DNA of 55,685 nt from Leptolinea sp. (GCA_012515195.1 JAAYYW010000128.1:1-55685), one strand, 5' to 3'. Positions 19,936 through 29,793 are shown, numbered from the stretch's first letter. Notes: generated by a model not told the origin, from the sequence alone. A program made the numbers and translations.

Positions 19936-21417
19936 ATGATCCAGGGCTCACTACGCCAGGGAATAGCTGTTGAAGATAGTACTCAGCTACTGCTTGCAGG
20001 AGTAGTTGGTGTATTGCTTGGCCTGGCATTCGCGTACGTTCCGGCGACCTATATTGCCATTGCGATGGTTGCGCTTTTTGTGGTTATCCTGGCCATAAAG
20101 TCTCCACAATATGCCATTCTGGCGTTCCTTTTCATCCATTCCACTTTTCTTTCCGGCGATGAACTCCCAAGGCTGGGCGTTGGTGGGATAAACATCTGGA
20201 TCACCGATATGATCCTTGTCGGTTTGCTGGCATTGATAGCGGCACGACTGTTGGTTGACCATAAATTCAAGATTTTCCGGTCACCGGTGATAGTTCCTTT
20301 GCTCACATTCATTATCTGGGTGGTTTTTACAACGCTGCGTGGTTATTTCTATGGCGGAAGCTCGCGCTGGGATATGGTGATTGAAACTCGGATTGCCCTT
20401 TATTACTTGCTGACTTTTTGTTGTATCTACCTGATCAAGAGGGAAAGCGAGATCAAGAGCCTGTTGAGGTGGTTCTATTTACTGGCTGTGGTAGCCTCGG
20501 TTTTCGTCATTATCCAGTTCGCGCTGGGATTCCAGGTTTCATTCCTCTCATCCGGCAAGATTTATGAATTTTCTTCTACCGGTGGTCCGGTAGTTGCCCG
20601 CGTTCAGGGAACGGTGGGCGAAGGATTAATTACCTTCGCGCTGGTCTTGAAAACTATAACCATGTTCATTGAAAAATTCCGGGTGAGCAAGATATATGAT
20701 CTGTTGCAATGGCTGGTCATCGCGTCGGCGTTGGTAACAACTTTCAACCGCACCCACTGGCTGATCGTGTTCATATCCCTCCTCGTTGCGGCTTTCTTTG
20801 TGGGCCGCAGGGAAAAGCAGCGGGTTTACATCTGGGGAATGATCGTCATGATAGTCGTTGTAGGGATGAGTTCCTTTATTGTTATGTATTCGCCGCAGTC
20901 TCGAGCTGCCAGCTTAATAAATGCCGGATTGAGCCGCTTGCTTACATTGACCCAGCTAGCTGAATACACTGACCCCGAAGTAAGTACGGTCGTGTGGCGT
21001 AACTTTGAATATGAGTATGGCATACCACAAGTATTAAAAAACCCAATAATGGGCATTGGATTGGGTGCAAGGTACCGCCCAACATTGGAGCATGATTATC
21101 CCGGTTTTACCGGCGAGCTATATACCCATAATTCGAATCTCTGGATTGCCATGAAGACCGGGCTCCCCGGTTTATTTCTGTATCTATGGTTTTCAAACGC
21201 GTATGTGTGGCATGCGTTAAAGAACTGGAAATTAATCAAAGACATTCCGCAGAGAGGGTTTGTTCTGGGGAGTGGAATTGGAATTTTTATTGCTTTATTG
21301 GGAGCCAACCTTCACCCGTTCGGAATGACCCTTGAATGGGTTCCCGTAATTTCAATTATTATTGGATTGGGTGAAGCGATCATATACCATCAATACTGTC
21401 AAATGGATATTACATAA
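19936..21417 (+). CDS. Wzy polymerase/O-antigen ligase family membrane protein
   Basis: Many TMs, TFNRT, loop WR...NPIMGIGLG...YTHNSNLWIAMKTGLPGL of the Wzy_C family. Confidence 0.82.
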   Translation: MIQGSLRQGIAVEDSTQLLLAGVVGVLLGLAFAYVPATYIAIAMVALFVVILAIKSPQYAILAFLFIHSTFLSGDELPRLGVGGINIWITDMILVGLLALIAARLLVDHKFKIFRSPVIVPLLTFIIWVVFTTLRGYFYGGSSRWDMVIETRIALYYLLTFCCIYLIKRESEIKSLLRWFYLLAVVASVFVIIQFALGFQVSFLSSGKIYEFSSTGGPVVARVQGTVGEGLITFALVLKTITMFIEKFRVSKIYDLLQWLVIASALVTTFNRTHWLIVFISLLVAAFFVGRREKQRVYIWGMIVMIVVVGMSSFIVMYSPQSRAASLINAGLSRLLTLTQLAEYTDPEVSTVVWRNFEYEYGIPQVLKNPIMGIGLGARYRPTLEHDYPGFTGELYTHNSNLWIAMKTGLPGLFLYLWFSNAYVWHALKNWKLIKDIPQRGFVLGSGIGIFIALLGANLHPFGMTLEWVPVISIIIGLGEAIIYHQYCQMDIT

Positions 21418-21418
21418 T

Positions 21419-22282
21419 ATGAAACGATACCTCTATTCTGTTGTTGGTCTGATACTTTTTTACGGGTTGTTTTTCTACGGTTCGACCTATCTAGTCAATG
21501 GTCAGGCAATTATCCACTTTCAATACTTCTTTCCACCATTGCTTGTGCTTTTTCCCCTATTGTTGCTTCTTATACCTTTTGTCGGTCAAAGAATTCGGTG
21601 GATCACAACCATTTTGGGATTTGTGTCTTATTTGGGTTTAACGGTGTTCAATCTGCCTGTCCTCAGACAGCTAAACCATAATTTGATCCCATCATTAATC
21701 ATAGAAGTTTTTTGCCTTTTGACATTGCTACTATTGGTAAACGATCTTGCCAAACAGAATGAAACTCTTGAAAATCTTATCGAATCATTCATTACGCCAT
21801 CAAATCAGCATCGATTGCTCGACATTTCAGCGGATCAGACAACCATTGATGATGAATTCTATCGGGGCAGACGGTTTGGCTACCCGGTTTCAACCTTGAT
21901 GTTAAGCTTTGGTTCCGAAGTGGATTCTATGGGGAAGGATTCGACATTCGATTTCCTGCTCAAAGACTTGCAGGATTGGATCGGTCAGCGATATGTGTAT
22001 TACCGATTCACAAAATTAATGGGAAGCATGATCCGCAAATCAGATCTGATCGTAAAGCTGGATGAAAAGAACAAGCTCTTGTTGGTATGCCCTGATACGC
22101 CGGCGGAAAACCTTCCCGTCCTTGCGGAAAAGCTTCAAAAACATTTCAAAGCACAACTGGATGTGAATGTTGTGTGCGGAACAGCTTCTTTCCCTGATGA
22201 TGGTTCCACCTTCCGCGCGTTGTTGTCCAAGGCGGATGAGTCATTGGTCAACGCTTTCCAGTCCACAGAGATCGACCATTAG
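21419..22282 (+). CDS. Four-TM protein with degenerate GGDEF domain (PelD-like putative c-di-GMP receptor)
   Basis: Four hydrophobic helices, then EFYRGRRFGYPVS, IRKSDLIV (RxxD), active site replaced by LDEKN, GTASFPDDG...LLSKAD. Start ATG 21419 sits just after the wzy stop. Confidence 0.75.
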   Translation: MKRYLYSVVGLILFYGLFFYGSTYLVNGQAIIHFQYFFPPLLVLFPLLLLLIPFVGQRIRWITTILGFVSYLGLTVFNLPVLRQLNHNLIPSLIIEVFCLLTLLLLVNDLAKQNETLENLIESFITPSNQHRLLDISADQTTIDDEFYRGRRFGYPVSTLMLSFGSEVDSMGKDSTFDFLLKDLQDWIGQRYVYYRFTKLMGSMIRKSDLIVKLDEKNKLLLVCPDTPAENLPVLAEKLQKHFKAQLDVNVVCGTASFPDDGSTFRALLSKADESLVNAFQSTEIDH

Positions 22283-22316
22283 CGAGGTTAGCCGGAATTA
22301 TGAGAGGAAGTATCCC

Positions 22317-24743
22317 ATGAACAAAACGTGGAAACGACCCATAACCAGATCGGTCATTCCGGTATTGGTTTTTCTCATTTTCACGGGAGGTCTGGTATTC
22401 ACAAGTCCTGCTGTGGTTGCTGCCACGCTGCCCCCACCCACTCCCACAATGGCAGGCACTATTCTGCCGAAACTAGCTCCAACTCCCCGCCCTACCACCG
22501 GTCCAACCCCGACCCGGTATCCGACTTTGAGCAATTTCAATGAATATACTGACAATGTCAAACTACACCTATCGCAGCTCGATTATTCTGAATTGGTGCT
22601 TGATTTTCCAGAGGCAGTGGAGTTTTATGTGCGATTGCCAGACCAATGGCAGGTGAAGGCAACCAGCTCATTTACCATGCATTACACCCTGTATGACCAG
22701 GTTGAAGATTCACAGCTTTTGGGTGGTTACTATGCCTTTGATCCGCCGGCGGTGAGGATATATGTTAACGATTTTATGGCTGCCACTTTCAACCCTGTAT
22801 CTGGTAAGGACCAGTATTATACGTTTGATATTCCTCTTCAAGTCACAGATCGGGTAAATTCCAATCCGAGTAACGAATTTTCGTTCCGCTTTGAATTTGT
22901 GGATGAGCACGATTTTTACTGCGGTTATGTTGGTCTTTTGACCATGCACGAAGATTCTTTTTTCAATGTAAATTACGATTTCATGCTCCCAACGCTGGAC
23001 TTATCCCGCTTTCCCAATCCTATTTCTCAGAATTCATCATTATCCGAGATCATTTATTTTATTGTTCCCGATAATTTTAACGGTAGTGATCTCTCGGCTG
23101 CGGCAACTACAGCCTCGATCATCACCAAATCTACGGTGTCATTCGCAACTTATAAGTTGGTAAGAGAATCAGACCGATTGGGTATCCCGAACAAGGCGAA
23201 TATTGTGGTAATTGGCCCGCCATCGCGCAATGCATTTCTTCGGGATGTTCTATACAGGCGAAGCGGAACAGGCATCGGAATGCCGTCATCCCTGGTCAGT
23301 GGAAATAAAATATATGTGAAAAGTGCCGATCGCATGCTGGCAGACAATGAAGGTCTGATCCAGCTTATGCCGAGTATTATGGACCCGCACTATTCATACA
23401 TGATCGTAACCGGAAACTCTGATGAGAGTGTGCAACTGGCCGCCAAGGGATTATCATCTCCTCCGATCGGGCAGGTTGGAGCGGGGTATATTGTTGGCTC
23501 GAATTTTAAGATACCTCCTTTCGAACTTAATAACATTATTACCCTTAAGAGTCTGGGCTACAGAAGCACCACATATTATGGTGCCGGCACAAATATCATC
23601 AACATCCCATTTTACATTCCCCGCAATTGGCGAATGGAAGAAGGAACCGCCCTTATTTTAAAGTACCGCAACTCGGATAATTTGGACGAAATCAACTCAG
23701 GACTGGCATTGTACATCAATGACCAACCGGCTGGTTTTGTTAAGATTGATGTCAAGAGAACCGGGGAAAAGGAAGTGACTATTCCCATCAACAAGGGCGA
23801 TATTCGTTCGGGTTGGTTGAATATTTTGCGGATCGAAGCAACCAGCGATATGTTGAAAGCCTGTCTGTACAATCCACGGGCATTCATGATCAATGTTCAG
23901 GATACCAGTTTGTTGCTCTTGCCACATTCGATTATTACTGATCCAAAAGAATTATCAAAGATAGTACACCCCATTTTTTATATGGGAACCAATCCATCGA
24001 TCTATGTTTCCATGCCTAAAAATCCGACGACAAAAGATCTGGATATGTTGATGAGCTTTACATCACTCTTTGGAGGATTGAGACTACCTACGATCGATTT
24101 TCACGTAGGTTTAAAAGGTGAAGAAGACCTTACGGAAATGACGGGCTACAATGTTCTGGTTATTGGCCGACCGTCAACAAATGGTTTGCTTGATACGATC
24201 AACGAATACCTGCCGCAAAAATTTGTGGATCAGACAGACGCGCTTGAACAGATGGTTGGGAATGTAGCTTATCAGGTTCCGCCTGGAGTAAGCCTGGGCG
24301 TTATGGAGGTCATCACATCACCGTTTGATCCGACAATGGGACTGACCCTGGTGAGCGGTACAAATGATGAGGGGCAGAGATTCGTGTATGACCGGTTGGT
24401 TCAAAATCCGCTCAACCTTGTTGAACTAGAGGGAGACCTGGTCTTCTTTGGAAATAAGACAGTCAAAGCTCTGACTACTTTTGAAGGTGTTCCAGTTGCC
24501 CTGGATATAGCCAGCTCCAGTGTCACCGGTACGCAGGTTGCTCTGCAAGCTGTTCCAACCGGTGGTGTAAACGCCACACAAACGGACAAAACAGAAGTGC
24601 CCAAATATGTCAGCACTGTGACGGTTGAAAACCCGGTCTCTCAGATGTTGGGAAAATACCTGCTGATTGGCCTGATCGCTTCTGGGTCGTTCATCTTACT
24701 TCTGGCAGTCATCCGAACGGCAAGGGGAGGAAGGCGGTCTTAG
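22317..24743 (+). CDS. BcsB-like protein (cellulose synthase subunit B family)
   Basis: Signal peptide, PT linker, two internal repeats (VRLPDQW/YIPRNW; IYVND/LYIND; NIVVIGPPSRN/NVLVIGRPSTN; MIVTGNSDE/TLVSGTNDE) and one C-terminal TM. Start ATG 22317 with GAGGA RBS. Confidence 0.75.
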   Translation: MNKTWKRPITRSVIPVLVFLIFTGGLVFTSPAVVAATLPPPTPTMAGTILPKLAPTPRPTTGPTPTRYPTLSNFNEYTDNVKLHLSQLDYSELVLDFPEAVEFYVRLPDQWQVKATSSFTMHYTLYDQVEDSQLLGGYYAFDPPAVRIYVNDFMAATFNPVSGKDQYYTFDIPLQVTDRVNSNPSNEFSFRFEFVDEHDFYCGYVGLLTMHEDSFFNVNYDFMLPTLDLSRFPNPISQNSSLSEIIYFIVPDNFNGSDLSAAATTASIITKSTVSFATYKLVRESDRLGIPNKANIVVIGPPSRNAFLRDVLYRRSGTGIGMPSSLVSGNKIYVKSADRMLADNEGLIQLMPSIMDPHYSYMIVTGNSDESVQLAAKGLSSPPIGQVGAGYIVGSNFKIPPFELNNIITLKSLGYRSTTYYGAGTNIINIPFYIPRNWRMEEGTALILKYRNSDNLDEINSGLALYINDQPAGFVKIDVKRTGEKEVTIPINKGDIRSGWLNILRIEATSDMLKACLYNPRAFMINVQDTSLLLLPHSIITDPKELSKIVHPIFYMGTNPSIYVSMPKNPTTKDLDMLMSFTSLFGGLRLPTIDFHVGLKGEEDLTEMTGYNVLVIGRPSTNGLLDTINEYLPQKFVDQTDALEQMVGNVAYQVPPGVSLGVMEVITSPFDPTMGLTLVSGTNDEGQRFVYDRLVQNPLNLVELEGDLVFFGNKTVKALTTFEGVPVALDIASSSVTGTQVALQAVPTGGVNATQTDKTEVPKYVSTVTVENPVSQMLGKYLLIGLIASGSFILLLAVIRTARGGRRS

Positions 24744-25330
24744 ACGGGGGAAACCCGACCGTCAATAACCTGGTATTGTCTTCCACAGGACGGGCAAAAG
24801 GCTTTTTGTCCGTCCTCTTTTAATCTCAGACCGCACTGGCAAACCCAGCCAATCTGCCGGGCTGGATTGCCGACAACCAGCGCGTAGGGTGGAATATCAT
24901 GTGTGACCACGCAACCAGCCCCCACCATGGCAAATTCGCCGATGGTGTTATTGGACACAATGACTGCCCCGGCTCCCAGGGATGCGCCCCGGCAGACTTT
25001 GGTTTTGAAAAGCCAATCACTTGATTCATACCGATATTTACATTGTTCCAGGCGGGGTGAACGTGGATACAGGTCGTTTGTAAAGAACACATGCGGTCCA
25101 ACGAATACACCTTCTTCCAATTCAACACCATCAAATAACATATTCCCGTTCTTGATGGTCACATTATTGCCTACTATTACACCAGATTCTACAAAGCAGT
25201 GATCGCCGATGTTGCAATTCGAGCCGATGGTTACATTGTTCATCACATGGGCATACGCCCATATACGGGTTCCCGCTCCTATGCGGGCGGTTTCAACAAT
25301 GGCTGTGGGGTGCGCGTAGAATTCGCTCAT
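24740..25330 (-). CDS. Hexapeptide-repeat N-acyltransferase (WbpD/WlbB/FdtC-like) with C-terminal Cys knuckle
   Basis: HPTAIVE, IGAGTRIW, VFFTNDLYPRS, VVGNPAR, CQCG...CPSCG. Confidence 0.88.
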   Translation of the reverse strand: MSEFYAHPTAIVETARIGAGTRIWAYAHVMNNVTIGSNCNIGDHCFVESGVIVGNNVTIKNGNMLFDGVELEEGVFVGPHVFFTNDLYPRSPRLEQCKYRYESSDWLFKTKVCRGASLGAGAVIVSNNTIGEFAMVGAGCVVTHDIPPYALVVGNPARQIGWVCQCGLRLKEDGQKAFCPSCGRQYQVIDGRVSPV

Positions 25331-25401
25331 TTTTGCCTCTTTTGGGGACTTTCTGTTATATTTCAGGATTATTGCCTGTTGCTGTTACCTGCATTTCTTA
25401 G

Positions 25402-26598
25402 CTACGTATCAAATCGCAGGTTATTTTCGTCAAGATGGACACTTCCGATGGTCTGCGGGTATGTCGGATTTCGCGGGTTGGCTGCAGAACGTTCTCTCCA
25501 CCATCGGGCGGTATCCCGTGGAAGGGCATGATATACCGAGTCTTTCGTCTGCATTTCTTCGAGGAAGCGGGTATATACATACTGTGTTCGGGTATCCTGT
25601 AGATAATCAGGGTGTGAATTGATCAAGGCCATTCCGTGGTATTGCTCAATGAAGGCGGTCTTTTCAAGCCATAATCGCGGGGTATCTTGCTGCATGAAGG
25701 AAGCCAGAGTGTAATCCTGCATCAAGGTGTAGGGAAGCTCAACAAATTTCCCCAATAAATACGGATAAATGCTCATTGTCCCGCCTGGCATGGGTTCATA
25801 CGGATCGGTGTCAAAGAAGGATGAGTCGTACTCAACATCCAATGCCTGCATCCATTCCGGGTTACGGTGGGTAAGGGGAGAGCGGAATCCGGCTGCGCCG
25901 TAGGTTTCAAGATAACCATTGATCCGTTTGACGCGTTCATCAAACCCTTTTTTTGAAAGGAACAGTTTTCCGTCATGTCTTAACCCGTGTATTCCGATTT
26001 CAAAACCCCGGCGTTTAAGCTCGTCCACCAGGTTGTTATCTATGGTGTATCGCTCCGGAATGAAGTTGAATGACGAACGGAATCCCATCGATTCTTCCAA
26101 ATCCGCGATAGCCCGGATATTCTCCTGTCCTGCCTGAGTCTCGACATCATGGGTAAGGATCAGCGCGTAACGCCGGCCTTCCGGCCAGAAGTTGATGTAC
26201 CGAAGGGACTTTGTTCCGCTGAGGAGCATGGCTTGACGTAAGACCTCTCGTAGATAAAGGGCATACCGTGGTTCAATCGGCCATTGAAGAGGGAATTTTT
26301 GTCGATTGGGGTTGCTGTACCATTTTCGCAGCACCCATGCCAGAGGTTGGGGGAAAAAGGGTTTGACCCGGTAATAGACCCGTTTGGCAAAGCCCATCCG
26401 GAAATGGTCTGGACCAAATTGTCCCTCCCCCAGAATGGTTTCCAGTAGGGCGTCAAATCCGGAGGATAGATCTATCCCTGCTACTGCCAGAACTGGCAAG
26501 GCGGCGGTTGCAGCCTGCACCCAGATATCCTCAGGGATATCCGATTCGCAGCGCCAAATGTCCTGTGGACGATTACCTTTCCAGAGTGATTTGTTCAT
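25402..26598 (-). CDS. Polysaccharide deacetylase-family protein
   Basis: LTHDVET, EIGIHGLRHD, YDSS, VELPYT; start 26598 by ATGA coupling to the upstream gene. Confidence 0.78.
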   Translation of the reverse strand: MNKSLWKGNRPQDIWRCESDIPEDIWVQAATAALPVLAVAGIDLSSGFDALLETILGEGQFGPDHFRMGFAKRVYYRVKPFFPQPLAWVLRKWYSNPNRQKFPLQWPIEPRYALYLREVLRQAMLLSGTKSLRYINFWPEGRRYALILTHDVETQAGQENIRAIADLEESMGFRSSFNFIPERYTIDNNLVDELKRRGFEIGIHGLRHDGKLFLSKKGFDERVKRINGYLETYGAAGFRSPLTHRNPEWMQALDVEYDSSFFDTDPYEPMPGGTMSIYPYLLGKFVELPYTLMQDYTLASFMQQDTPRLWLEKTAFIEQYHGMALINSHPDYLQDTRTQYVYTRFLEEMQTKDSVYHALPRDTARWWRERSAANPRNPTYPQTIGSVHLDENNLRFDT

Positions 26599-27623
26599 CC
26601 TACATGCCTGTATAGGAGTTCCCCGATGATTTGGGAAACCCACATGGGAGAACGGCGGAGCACAATTGCGGCCAGGTCCATAAATCGGCTCTCTTCCCTG
26701 GGTTCGCAACCCAGATAGGAATACGTAAGTGGTTTTTCCTCATATTTCCACTGATTCTTAAAGTTGCGAAGACCGGAATTATTAATATCGCTTCTCCCAA
26801 AGTCATATCGCTGGTATCCGGCGGCATTGCCGCGACGAATTGTTTCCCAGTTTAGCAGGTAATTGGGGTGAAGATTGGTCAAGTCTACATCACCCGACGC
26901 GCTGTACTTGATTGTTACTGTTTGGCCATATTTTAGATAAACAAGCCCGGCAATACAATCTTTTCCCAGATAGGCCAGTAATACGCCGCCAAAACCTTTT
27001 TCCAGCACATTCTTTCCAAGGTTTGTGAAATACTTCCAGGGTTGAACCGGAACCCCGTGACGCCTTCTGGTAAAGGAATGCAGTCTGTAGAATTCTCGCA
27101 GGGAGTCTTCAGACGTTCCCTCCTCCACGCGAACCCCCCGTTCGATGGTTGTGCGGATGGAATAGCGCACCTTTTTGTTGAATTGTGCCAACAATTCCTC
27201 TTCCGTTTTCCGGTGGAACGACCCGATATGAAAAACATTCTGGCTGGATGTTGTTATCTCAGGGCGGGGTGGGTACTCCCATCGTAATTCGATTCTCGGG
27301 ATACCTGCCTCGTGTTTAATATTAATAAGACCATCTGTAAGGATTTCAATATCCTCTGCCCGGTATGAGAGCGGAATACAATAATCACTAAAAGGTAAGG
27401 AAACCCAACGATTCCCGGTCAGGCGGCTGTTAACCTCAGCCATGGGAACACCAGCTGTTATTTTGTTTCCGGTGTCTTCAAGGACCGCAACAAATGTTTT
27501 GTACTGATATGTGTCTTCCAGATTTTTCATCCAATTGGGATGATGAAAGATCATGGCGTTGGGATGTGATTGGATGAAGTCCAGCCAGCGTGGGTCTTGC
27601 GGCGAAATCCTGATCACGGGCAT
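26595..27623 (-). CDS. FemAB-like/GNAT acyl- or aminoacyl-transferase
   Basis: IFHHPNW, SLPFSDY, PNYLLNWETI and YDFGRS...GLRNFKNQW. Confidence 0.82.
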   Translation of the reverse strand: MPVIRISPQDPRWLDFIQSHPNAMIFHHPNWMKNLEDTYQYKTFVAVLEDTGNKITAGVPMAEVNSRLTGNRWVSLPFSDYCIPLSYRAEDIEILTDGLINIKHEAGIPRIELRWEYPPRPEITTSSQNVFHIGSFHRKTEEELLAQFNKKVRYSIRTTIERGVRVEEGTSEDSLREFYRLHSFTRRRHGVPVQPWKYFTNLGKNVLEKGFGGVLLAYLGKDCIAGLVYLKYGQTVTIKYSASGDVDLTNLHPNYLLNWETIRRGNAAGYQRYDFGRSDINNSGLRNFKNQWKYEEKPLTYSYLGCEPREESRFMDLAAIVLRRSPMWVSQIIGELLYRHVG

Positions 27624-28837
27624 AGTTTATGTCGCTTTCCGGTCAACCCGTCCAGCAATCGGAAATAGTCCAAACGGCCTTTTACCCAGGAGAACTCCTG
27701 GCTGTATTCCAGGTCGGCCTGGGTCATAAGTTCCTCTGCCAGCTCTGAGTTGGTATAGATTTCCATCACGCGGGCTATGAACTGATCCAACACGTTGGAT
27801 TCAAAATAGAGAATTGCCTTATCTGAAAACATCTCTTCTAAAACGGTCAACCGCGTGGCGACAATGGGCAAGCGCATCAGGGAATATTCAAAAACCTTTT
27901 CAGGAACAGCCACATCCATGTACTGGTCTCTGATGGCCGGATAGATGCCAAGGTCAGCGGCTGATAGCAGCTCCGGGACCTTGTCAACCGGTACGGCCGG
28001 GATGAATTCGACCCGATTCGTTACGCCCAGTTCTTCTGCCAGAACCTGCAGCTCGCGGGTATAGTCATTTTGCCACCCGATGATCTGTAGGTGCACATTC
28101 TCGATTTTCCGGGCCAATTCCGGCATGGCACGGATGGGGATGTCCAATCCATAACGCGGTGCCTGGGTACCCGGAAAGATCAGCGTGAACCGCGAACGTT
28201 TGGCTGACCGGATTTCTTTAAATTTCTCACGGTTAAAAAAGCCTGTGTTGGGTGTGTTATAGATGACAAGCAGTTTTTTTTCGGGAAGACCACGATTGAC
28301 CAATTTCCGTTGAAAACCACGGCAGGCTGTGATCACTGCGTTGGCAAACATTGTCGAGAGTTTCTCCTGGAATCGGATGACTTTTACCATGTAATGATCG
28401 GGCTGAATGCCAAATTTGGAAACATAAAATTCCGGCATGATGTCATGAATATCCAGAATGACCGGGGTTCCCAGAATGCGGGGTATTAGCGCAGTGAAAA
28501 CAAGGAAGTCAGGCATGTTATGGATATGAACGACTGAAAAACGGTGCCTGAAATGTAAAATAGTCAATTTAAAGAAGTACAGAAAAAAAGCGTGTATGTA
28601 TCCCAGCAGAAAATCTGCTTTTGACTGATAATCCTTATCCACCGGGATGGTATGCACGGTGATGTTGTTCATCGCTTTCGTGTTCGATCTGGCCGCGTCT
28701 GCGATACACAGAACATCAATAAAGGCACCTTCTGCAGCCAACGCTTCACAATAACGGCGCACGCGGGCATCGTCAAAATAGTTCTGATGGACTACCATAC
28801 AAACCCGCATTGGTTCTGCCTTTGTCGAATTCTTCAT
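27614..28837 (-). CDS. Glycosyltransferase family 4
   Basis: DARVRR, HIHNMPDFL, PEKVFEYSLMRLPIVAT; ATGA coupling. Confidence 0.88.
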   Translation of the reverse strand: MKNSTKAEPMRVCMVVHQNYFDDARVRRYCEALAAEGAFIDVLCIADAARSNTKAMNNITVHTIPVDKDYQSKADFLLGYIHAFFLYFFKLTILHFRHRFSVVHIHNMPDFLVFTALIPRILGTPVILDIHDIMPEFYVSKFGIQPDHYMVKVIRFQEKLSTMFANAVITACRGFQRKLVNRGLPEKKLLVIYNTPNTGFFNREKFKEIRSAKRSRFTLIFPGTQAPRYGLDIPIRAMPELARKIENVHLQIIGWQNDYTRELQVLAEELGVTNRVEFIPAVPVDKVPELLSAADLGIYPAIRDQYMDVAVPEKVFEYSLMRLPIVATRLTVLEEMFSDKAILYFESNVLDQFIARVMEIYTNSELAEELMTQADLEYSQEFSWVKGRLDYFRLLDGLTGKRHKLCP

Positions 28838-29793
28838 TGGTGAATTGCTCCGTTGTAAACTTCCATTATGCGCGCAGCAGACCATTTGGTGTCACGGGCG
28901 GTCGCTTTTTCTGGTGGTTTGATCCTACGGTTGTTGCCAAAGACCAACTTTACCTTTTCCGCAATATCAGCCGGATCATAGCTGCAAATATGACAGCCAT
29001 CAACATCCGCGATCAAATCCACCACATCTCCCACCGGTACTGAGACGACCGGCAATCCACAGGCCAGGGCTTCGCGTACGGCTACCGGCGAGCCTTCATG
29101 GCTGGAAACCAGCACCATCACATCGCTGGCATTCATAAAAAACGCGATTTTCTCACGGGGTTTTCCGAAAACTGCAATAAGCTGAACGAACATCTCTGGC
29201 TTTAGCTTTTCCACTGCTTTTTCGAGTAGATGAAATTGTTTCTCTGTGCGTGACGGATTGTACGGAAAAAGGATGATCCGCTTGTTAGCAGACAATTGCA
29301 ATTCCCGGCGAGCTTCAGCAACCGGTATGGGGTGAAATATCGTAGTATTTATCCCGTAGGGAATAACGGCCACTTTGCCGATATCCCCTGGCACGGCTTT
29401 CGCCATTTCATCTGTTTGGACGATAACACGCTTCGCCAGATGGGCCACCAACCGGCCGATCAATGAATCACGTTCACCGGTCAAATCGCTACTATCCCGG
29501 TTGACAAGATCTGATCCTAACAGGCTGACTATCACCGGGTATTTCCACTGGAGAAGAGCGATGAACCCGTTGAGGCTGTATGTCGCATGGATCAGGTCAT
29601 ATCGACGTGGATGAAAGTTCAACCCCAAAATCCGGAGGGCTGTCACCACGTAAGAGCGTTTACACCTGGCCCGCACCATCCAAATTTCAAATTCGACACC
29701 CATCTTGCCCATCTCGGTGATCTGGTCGGAAATACCGGGCGCGCTGACAACTTCCGGATCCCCGATAGAATGGGTGATGAGCAACACCTTCAT
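28834..29793 (-). CDS. Glycosyltransferase family 4
   Basis: SSHEGSPVAVREALACGLPVV (EX7E motif). Confidence 0.88.
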   Translation of the reverse strand: MKVLLITHSIGDPEVVSAPGISDQITEMGKMGVEFEIWMVRARCKRSYVVTALRILGLNFHPRRYDLIHATYSLNGFIALLQWKYPVIVSLLGSDLVNRDSSDLTGERDSLIGRLVAHLAKRVIVQTDEMAKAVPGDIGKVAVIPYGINTTIFHPIPVAEARRELQLSANKRIILFPYNPSRTEKQFHLLEKAVEKLKPEMFVQLIAVFGKPREKIAFFMNASDVMVLVSSHEGSPVAVREALACGLPVVSVPVGDVVDLIADVDGCHICSYDPADIAEKVKLVFGNNRRIKPPEKATARDTKWSAARIMEVYNGAIHQ

